Translations under genes and position numbers: made by a program
Notes under the pieces: model-generated
The model's database searches: none
What the model was told of the DNA's origin: nothing
The model's input: only the letters and a program-made list of their open reading frames with translations
Shown here: positions 53,174-62,159 of the stretch, one piece after another
How the letters are laid out: every line of letters starts with the position of its first letter
Position numbering within the stretch: the stretch's first letter is position 1
Source of the DNA: Squalus acanthias
Lineage: Eukaryota
Assembly: GCA_030390025.1 (NCBI GenBank)
Contig: JASTWF010000048.1
Span: 1,612,001 to 1,676,000, forward strand
Length of the DNA: 64,000 nt
Direction: 5' to 3'

Positions 53174-54806
53174 ATTTTACTTGAAGCTTCTCTCTTAATA
53201 ATGAAAGGAGCGAGAACAGGAGAGTTGAATCTTGTGCGGATCCAACCCGCTCTATTCAAATCATTGAGGAAAACATGCACGGCATTATGAGGTGTTGCAG
53301 GTTTGACAACCCCGTCCCATCCTCACTGATTGGCAGCCCAGCTACTCCCTTTCCGACCGACATTAATAATAGCAGATGGGTGCTGGAATTTGCAAAGGGT
53401 ACATAGACAGATTAAATGAATGTCCAAAACAGAGATAGATGGAGTTTAATGTGGGCAAGGGTGATGTCATCCACTGTGACCCAAAGAAAGATAGTTTCGA
53501 GTATTTGCTAAATGGTGAGAAGCTGGGAACTGTGGAGGTGCAAAGGCATTTAGGTGTCAAGCTGCACAAATCGCTCTGGGTCAGTAGACAGGTGCTACAA
53601 TCAAAAAGTCTCATGGAATGTTGGCCTTTATCTCAAGGGTTCTGGAATACAGAGGAGAGAAAGTTATGCTTCAGTTGTACAGAGACCTGGTCAGACTCCA
53701 TCTGAAACAGAACGTTCAGTTCTGGGCAACACACTTCAGGAAGGACATATTGGCCTTGGAGGGAGTGCAGCGAAGATTCACCAGAATGATACCGGGGCTT
53801 AGACAGTTAACATATGAGAACAGATTACATAGACTAGGCTTGTATTCCATTGAGTAGATAAGATTGAGCAGTGATCCTACTGAGGTGTTGAAAATGTTAA
53901 AAGTATTGCAGACTGTAGATCGAGAGAAGGTATTTCCTCTGGTGAGGGGCAGTCCAGAACTCGGGGTCACCAGCTGGGCATTAAAGCGAGGCCGATCAAG
54001 TGTTATATCTGGAGGCACCTCTTGACACAAAGGATAATGAAAATCTGCAAATCTCTCGCCCAAAGTACTGTTGAGGCCAGAGCTCAACTGGAGATTTCAA
54101 AACTTCGATTTATGTTGTGGAAGGGTCTCATGAGTTTTGGAACCAGCCGGAGTTTTGGTTCCGATATTGAACACCACACTATCGGAAGTATATGAAGCCT
54201 TTAGAGGGGGCGCAGAGGAGATTTAATAAATGGTCCCAGGGACGAGGGTCTCCATTCAAATTGAGAGACTGGAGAAGAAGGGATTGTTCTCCTTATGGCG
54301 GAGATGATTAAGGGGGCATTTAATGGAACTGTTCAAAATCATGAAGGGTTTTGATAGAGTAAATCAGGAGAAACTGTATCCAGTGGCAGTAGCGTCGGTC
54401 ACCAGTCGGCAAAATTTAAGGAACGGATAAGGGTATGATGATGTTATTATTTATTGTACAGCGCGCTGTTATGGTTTGAAATGCACTGCCCGAATGGTTG
54501 GAGGAAGAAGATTCAATAATAACTTTCCAAAGGCAATTGGATACACTCTTGAAGCGGGACGTTTACTGGGCTATGAGGCAAAGACAGGGGAATAGGACTA
54601 ATTGGATAGCTCTTTGAAAGAGCCGGTACAGCAAGGAATGACCTCGTTCCGTGCTGTATCATTCTATGATTCTATGACATGTTGGCAGAGTATTTGCACG
54701 GAAATAAAGTCTAGTGCTGCCACCAGGCGGCGGGAAATGAGCACTGAATTCCCAGTCATCCGCTGCAGGATTTTGTAGCTGGGGAGCCGCTTTCTCAAAC
54801 GATGTG

Positions 54807-55722
54807 CGATACTACAAGCACAGTAATAGACAGCGGCGTGAGACGGAGAGGCGGCGCTCAGTTCCAAAGTAAACAGCGTATCGCTGCTTCTTTCTGGCTT
54901 AAAAGACTCGGTAGTGTACTTCGTAACAGCACCTGCTGCAGCAGAATAGAAAAGAGCTTCTAATGCCCGGTCGGGTTGTTGTCTGTACCAGTACATTGAG
55001 AGATAGCCAGTATTCGTCAGCGTACATCTGAGCCTGGTCGACTCTCCTGCTCCAATCGATAGGACCGAAGGCGATTGCTCCACGTACGAGGCGAGTATCC
55101 CTGTCGAATGCAACATCGATTAGTTTCTTATTTTTGTCAATCATTTAGAGCGCGGACTACTGAAAAAAAGAACTTCCATTGATAAAGCGCATTCACGACC
55201 ACAGAAAGTCACAAAGCTCTTTACAACCAATGAAGTACCGATTAAGGTGTAGTCATTGTTGTAATGTCGGAAAGGAAACAGCCAATTTCGGAAGAGCAGG
55301 TTCCCACATACTGCATTGAAATAAATGACCAGTACATCTGTATTTTGGTGTTTATTGTGGGGGTAATGTTGGCCCAGAACACCTGCGGCAAATTCGCTGC
55401 TCTTCATCATGGGATAATTTACGTCCACCTGAGAGGGCAGCTCGGTTTAACGCCTTCTCGGTAAGATGGCACCTCCGATAGTATATCACTCCCTCAGTGC
55501 TGGTCACGGGAGTGTCAGCATAGATTCTTTGCTCAAGTCTCAGGAGTTAGACTCGAACCCCAAAACTTTGATTCAGAGGCAGGTTTTCCACCAGCTAAAC
55601 AACAGCTAACATTATAATACATTAAACTATTAAACTACAAAGACCCCAGCATAAGTTTGTTACTTTGACTTACGTGGGATCAGTGCCACCATCAATGTTA
55701 GATAATGAGCTTCATGAAACAT
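54807..55722 (-). CDS. TRBV: V19 (family C); leader 55674-55722, V exon 54807-55100; open frame, weaker RSS
   Basis: SYVEQSP...YYCACSI; RSS 54768-54806 CACATCG-23-ACAAAATCC. Confidence 0.83.
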
Positions 55723-58230
55723 GATTTATTCATTCGACACTGGCTCGCTGTGTGATCGAGTAAAGCTCAATAACACGTTTAAAGGCAGTTTCTCTGTTCG
55801 ATCTGATTAAATGCAAAGCATCCGGCTGTAATTGTCACTCATACGTCACTTTCTGCGTCGCCAACGGTCCATCCCATTCCTTCGGGCGTTCAGCAACGTC
55901 ATAGAATCGTCCAGCACAGAAGGTTAAGAGGAGAACTAATACAGTTGTTCAAAATTAGGAATGGTTTTGACAGAGTTTTTAGGGAGAAACTATATCCACT
56001 GGCAGGAGGGACGTTAACCATAGGGCAGAGATTTAAGATAATTAGCAGTAGAACCAGCGGGGAGATGAGGGGACATAAATTTTATTGCAGACAGTTGTCC
56101 TGATCTGGAATGCATTGCCTGAAATGGCGGTGGAAGCAGATTCAACAATAAATTTCAAAAGGGAATTGGATATAAACTCGATAAGGAAAAAAAACTGGGC
56201 TATGGGGACAGAGCAGGGGAATGGGACTAAATGGATAAGAGGCACCAAAACTAGGCGCCTTATGAGATATAAACTAATCAATCCAAGAGGGAATTCAGGA
56301 GTAACCTCTTTACCCAAAGTGTGGTGAGAATGTGGAACTTGCTTCCAGATGGAGTGGTTGAGCCAAATAGCATCGTTGCATTTAAGGGGAAGCTAGAAAG
56401 TACATGAGAGAGAAAGTAATCGAAGGATAAGCTAAAGGGTGTATTGAAGAGGGGCAGGACGAAGCCCGGGGGGTCAATTGGATATGTCTTCAAAAGAGCC
56501 GGATCAGACCCGATGGACCGAATAGCCTCCTTCAGTGCTGGCGGTATCTGATTGTAGGAAATCGGAAAGTTGCTGGGGAAAATTATCTCCTGTTTGAGGC
56601 ACTGCAGGTTTGTGTTCCTCTGCGCTAATCGAGAATACAAGGGTTAAATTCATTTCTGGGCTTAATTCGCAGATTCTTTGAAAAGCACATCAAAAGGCGC
56701 CTAGACTCTCATAGAGAAGCGGGTAAACGGTTTTCAACAGATTATGAAACCGCTGTTAGGAGGCAGGTGTCCCGCTGACAAACATATCTGAAGATGCGTC
56801 TCCACTTCGCACACTTTGAAACATCAGTGAGATGTTTACGGGCTCTAACATTAACTATTTCCTAATTATATCGAGTGTTCTCCTTTTTACAGAGAGGGTG
56901 AGTGGGAGATTTGCCAGAATTGTACCAGGGATGAGCGACTCTCGTTAGATGGTGAGACTGGAGAAGCCGGGGGTTTTCTCCCTGTAGCAGTGAAGGTTAA
57001 AGGGAGATTTAATAGAAATAGTCAAAATGATAAAGGATTTTCATAGAGTAAATAAGGAGAAACTGTTTCCAGTGAAGAAGGTTCGGTCACCAGAGGTCAC
57101 AGATTAAGATAAATGGAAAGAGAACCAGAGGGCGAGATAAGTGGTAATCTTTAACTCAGCAAGTTATGTTTGGAATGCAATGTTTGGAAGTGTGGTGGAA
57201 GCCGATTCAATAGAGACTGATTTGATGGCTCTTTCACAGAGCCGGCACAGACTCGATGGGTCGAATGGCCTCCTGCTGTGTTTTACCATTCTATCATTCC
57301 ACGGTAATCAGCGCATCTCTCGTCACTATTGCAATAGCGCAAGTAACAGTAATCATTCACTGGTATAAACGGGAGTTGTGCGATACTGCTGACCATATAT
57401 TCCACCTTCCGCTCATTCAACTCTGCCGTTAACACATCTACACGACCACGCAATCTGGTTGTTAAAATGTCCATAATATCTTAAAATTACGATAATCAGC
57501 ACATTAATAAGCCATTTTTTAATTAATTACACTTGTTTGTAAANNNNNNNNNNNNNNNNNNNNNNNNNNNNNNNNNNNNNNNNNNNNNNNNNNNNNNNNN
57601 NNNNNNNNNNNNNNNNNNNNNNNNNNNNNNNNNNNNNNNNNNNNNNNNNNNNNNNNNNNNNNNNNNNNNNNNNNNNNNNNNNNNNNNNNNNNNNNNNNNN
57701 NNNNNNNNNNNNNNNNNNNNNNNNNNNNNNNNNNNNNNNNNNNNNNNNNNNNNNNNNNNNNNNNAAAGGTAGATAGATAGATAGCTAGATAGACAGATAG
57801 ATAGAAAGATAGAGAGNNNNNNNNNNNNNNNNNNNNNNNNNNNNNNNNNNNNNNNNNNNNNNNNNNNNNNNNNNNNNNNNNNNNNNNNNNNNNNNNNNNN
57901 NNNNNNNNNNNNNNNNNNNNNNNNNNNNNNNNNNNNNNNNNNNNNNNNNNNNNNNNNNNNNNNNNNNNNNNNNNNNNNNNNNNNNNNNNNNNNNNNNNNN
58001 NNNNNNNNNNNNNNNNNNNNNNNNNNNNNNNNNNNNNNNNNNNNNNNNNNNNNNNNNNNNNNNNNNNNNNNNNNNNNNNNNNNNNNNNNGAGAAAGATAG
58101 ATAAATACTCAGATAGATAGATAGATCTCATCATTCTCTCCCGGTCTATGTATCATTAGAACTGGTTAGGCGGTAGTGTCTGAGACGGGCGGGTTTTTGT
58201 TGCACGGTTCAGTCTGATTGTGTCTCTGAG

Positions 58231-58516
58231 CATCACTGCAGGCACAGAAATACCGCGCCGTGTCGTTCGGCCGCACCATTGATATCTTCAGCTCGAAGGA
58301 GTTATCTTCTTTTTTCTTGTCCCAAAATCGCTCCGTGATCCCGTCCGACCTGCTCGGGTCACCTCCCTCCACGGCCTGCAGGATGTGCTGGGGTCCCAGG
58401 CCAGGGGGCTGACGGTACCAGTACATGTAAGGAGCAGACCCGCGTTGGGTACACGGGATAGTCACAGACTCGCCCTATTTCACCGAGACATACTCCCGGG
58501 ACTGCACCATCTTCTG
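58231..58516 (-). pseudogene. V20 (family A) leaderless pseudogene
   Basis: QKMVQS...YFCACSD open, but acceptor, intron, leader and promoter are deleted (fused to LINE at 58517); heptamer mutated to CTCAGAG (58224-58230). Confidence 0.85.
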
Positions 58517-58996
58517 ATAGAGGATATCAGATACATTAGACTTGGATGGGATGTAGCGCATATTCACCAGACTGATACCCGGCTCTGAGATTGTTAAATT
58601 ATGAGGGATGATTGCAAAGCTTGGCCTATAATAACTTGAGTATTGCAGATTCAGTGCCGAACTGATTGAGTTTTCTAAATGTTAAAGTAAGTTGATAGGT
58701 TTGATAGAGATAAACTATTTCCTCTGGTGGGGGGGGTCCAGAACAAGGGGGACATAACCTTAAATTTAGAGTTAGGTCGTTCAGGCGTTGTTTCAAAAAT
58801 CACCTCTTCATACAATGGTAGTGGAAATGTGAAACTCTCTCCTCCCAGAACCTGTTGAGGCTGAGGGTCAATTGGAGCTTTCAAGCCTGTGATTGATAGA
58901 TATTTGTTGGGTAAGTGTATCGAATTTCATGGAACAAAATCCGTTAGATAGAATGAAGATACAAATCAAACATGATCTCATTGGCTGGCATAGCAG

Positions 58997-59280
58997 TTTC
59001 GAGGGGCTGAATGGCCTCCTCCTGTTCCTGTGTAACAGGCTCGAGGGGCTAAATGTCCTCCTCCATTTCCTGTGTAACAGGCTCGAGGGGTTAAATGGCC
59101 TCCTCCTGTTCCTATGTAACAGATTCGTTGGGGCTGAATGGCCACCTCCTGTTCCTGTGTAACAGGCTCGAGGGGCTGAATGGCCTATCCTGTTCCTGTG
59201 TATACGGTCCCGAGAATGCTTAATGGCCTTCTCCTGTTCCTATGTAACAGGCTCAAGGGGACTGAATGCCCTTCTGTTCC
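58997..59280 (+). repeat. About 40-bp tandem repeat derived from the CR1 3' end
   Basis: About 7 units of GTAACAGGCTCGAGGGGCTGAATGGCCTCCTCCTGTTCCT; related arrays near 3165, 12680, 17720, 32170, 38960, 44200, 51465. Confidence 0.85.
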
Positions 59281-59780
59281 ATATTAAACCATATTACAAG
59301 CTACCGTGTGGTTCATGGCCCTAGAGCGCCCTCTTCAGTCTCTGTGGAGAAAGAAAACACAGTGTCAGTGTGTAAAAGCCCGACAGACTTATTATTTAAT
59401 TTCCTTCTTTCTATCTTTCTTTTTTTCTTCCTGTGTATCTTTCTTTCTTTCTTTCTGTCTATCTTTCTTCCTTTTTTCTTCTTTTCAAAATTCTTTCTTT
59501 CTTTATATCATTCTTTCATTCACTCTTTCTCTCTTTTTCCGTTCATCCTGTCTTTCTTTACTTCTTCCTTTCTTTCTATCTTCCTTTCGTTCTATGGTTC
59601 TTCACTATATTTAATTAATCTTTCTTTGCAGCTTCGCAGTGCCTTTTTTAATCTAATTTGTCGCTTTTATTCCAGCCAGTCTGTTATTCTTGTCAAAAAC
59701 ACGTTCACTCTGCAAAATAAACCAAACAGGAAGAGGCACCGCGCTGTTTCAACATTAACAGGTGTGTCCTGCCGCTTTTG

Positions 59781-59819
59781 GGTTTTTGTTGAGCTCCTCC
59801 ATCTTTCTGAGTCACTGTG
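59781..59819 (-). promoter_or_regulatory. 23-RSS of V21
   Basis: CACAGTG-23-ACAAAAACC. Confidence 0.93.
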
Positions 59820-60335
59820 AAGACTCCAGGCGCAGTAATACACGGCCGAGTGATTCGCCTGCAGGCTGGAAGACTTCAGGTTGAACTCGTTGCCATTCGG
59901 TCGTTTGGCGGTGAAACCGTCCACCGTCCCCTCTGGATCCACGTGATTGGTAGTCTTGGAGTAAAACATCAACTGCGGCCCCTTCTCCGGGTCCTGTCTG
60001 TACCAATACATGTCACCGCTACTGGCGCCCTCCACAACGCACTTTAGTTCCACTCGCTGCCCAGGAATATTGGAGAGAGCGGTGGGAGTCTGGCGGACAC
60101 ACTCTGAGTTCACGCCTGGGAAAGAGATGGAGAGAGGATGTGGTCAGTAAACAGGGGCATTCTGGGTTGTGGGGAAAGAAAGAAGTAAAGAGCGAGAGAA
60201 AGAGAGAATGAAGGAAACAACGAAAGAAAGAAAGAAAGAAAAACGAAATACTAACGAAAGTTTATTAACAAAGATTATTGTGTGAAAAAATCACTTACTT
60301 TGAAATAAGATCATGAGACTCAGTAACAGATACAT
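59820..60335 (-). CDS. TRBV: V21 (family B); leader 60299-60335, V exon 59820-60115; intact
   Basis: MYLLLSLMILFQ + SVNSECVRQ...KCVVEG...WYRQ...YYCAWSL. Confidence 0.87.
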
Positions 60336-62159
60336 CTTTAACTTTAAGCTTTACTTTTAAAAGTGAAATCAGCAAAAACAAGAGCGTTGAGTTTTGTGAG
60401 GATCCAACCCGCTTTTTTCAAAGCGGAAGGAAGGGATGCAGGCCCCTCACTCTCTGATTGACAGCACCGCACCTCCACTCCCAGGCTAATTCACAGCCCC
60501 GCCCCTTCCCACGCTGATTGACAGACCCGCGCTCTCACTCTCTGCAACATAGTGCCGCCCCTCCCACGCTGATTGACAGTCCAGCGCCAACCTCTCTGCT
60601 TGGCAGGAAGTAAAGCAGACGGGAGCAGGAAGTTGCAAACTTGACCTAAGCAGCTTACGTGAATGAGAAAAAAACAGCGGCAGGTAGTGTTTATCGTGGA
60701 ACGTGGGCAAGTATGAGGTCATGCACTGGGGGCCTGAGGAAGAAACATCAGTGTATTTTCTAACTGATGAGAAGCTGGAAACTGTCGATGAGCAAAGAAA
60801 TTTAGTTGGCCAGGTAAATAAATCACTAAAAGCCAGGATAGAGTTGCAAAAAAGAATCAAACACATTGATGGAATGTTGGCCTTTATGTCAAGGAGGCTG
60901 GAATGCAAAAGGGAGGAAGTTATGCTTCAGTTGGACAGAGCTCTGGTCAGACTCCATCTGGTAAACTAGGTTCAGTTCTGGGGAACGCACCTCAGGAAGG
61001 ACGTTTTGTCCTTGGAGGGAGTGCAAGGTAGATTCACCAGAATGATACCAGGGCTTAGAGGGTTAAATTATGAAAACAGGTTGCATAGACTAGGCTTGTC
61101 TGCCCTTGAGTATAGAAGATTGAGGGGTGAACTGATTTAGTCTTTTAATGTTAAGAGGAGTTGACAGGGTAGATAGAATGAAAGTATGTCCAATGCTGGC
61201 GGAGTCCAGAACAATGGGGCATAACTTTACAGTGAGAGCTAAGCCTTGCAGGTGTGAGGGCAGGAAGCACTTCTTCACACAAAGGGCAGTGAGAATCTTC
61301 AACTCTCTACCCCAAAACGATGTGGGTGTTGGCGGATCAATTGGAGATTTCTAGACCGAGATTGATAGATTTTTTCTGGAGTAAGTAGATCAAGAGATAG
61401 TCAGAAAAAGTGGATTAATGGATTTAAGATAAGTTTCAGCTATGATCCAGTAGAATGTCGAAGCAGGCTTGAAGAGCTGAATCGCCTCCTGTGTTCCAGG
61501 CAACGAAGTGTTTCATGGTCCTGCACCGCCCTCTGCTGTCCCTGTGGGGCAACACAGCTTCCGTCGTCAAAAACCCAGCCGTCTGTTTACTTTCATTCTT
61601 TCGTTCTTTCTTTCGTTCTTTCGTTCCTTCTTTGTTTCATTCTTTCATTCTTTTTTCTTTCTGCCTTTCTTTCTCTATCCTTTTCGTTTTATTTCTCTTT
61701 GATTATATAGCTCTTTCCTTCGTTACCTGTATCTTTATTTCCCTCTTTCTCTCTTTTCCTAATGCCTTCTTTCCTTTCTTTCTTTTTGCATTAATTATTT
61801 TCGTTTGTTTTGCTCAGACCCAACTCCACCTACCTCTGAAATCCAGCGAACTCGGCTGCCTGAATGTGCTCAACACTTCAGACAGGACTTGTTGATGTTG
61901 TGACCCATCAACATATCCTTTTATTCCTTATTCCTTAATGTGTTGATGTAGATTCCCCTTAAATGCATCTATGCTACTCGTCTCAAGTATCCCTTTGGTA
62001 GCGAGTTCAATGTTCTCGCCATTCTCTGAGCAAAGAAGTTTCTCCTGAATTCCCTATTTGGATTTATTAGTGACTATCTTATATTTATGACACCGAGCTT
62101 TGGTCTTCCCCACATGTGGAAACATTTTCGATTCATCGATCCTATCGAAACACTTTCAT

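Noticed and set aside
58231-58516. Leaderless V20 as a NARTCR-like supporting V
   Set aside because: Its splice acceptor is deleted and the heptamer CAC is mutated; it is a deletion pseudogene
58997-59280. CRISPR-like array
   Set aside because: Head-to-tail repeats without unique spacers, LINE-derived, eukaryotic DNA
905-60335. NARTCR-type double-V cassettes, IgNAR or IgH clusters
   Set aside because: No D or J segments or 12-spacer RSS were seen between V segments, intact V segments have their own leaders, and the proteins look like V-beta
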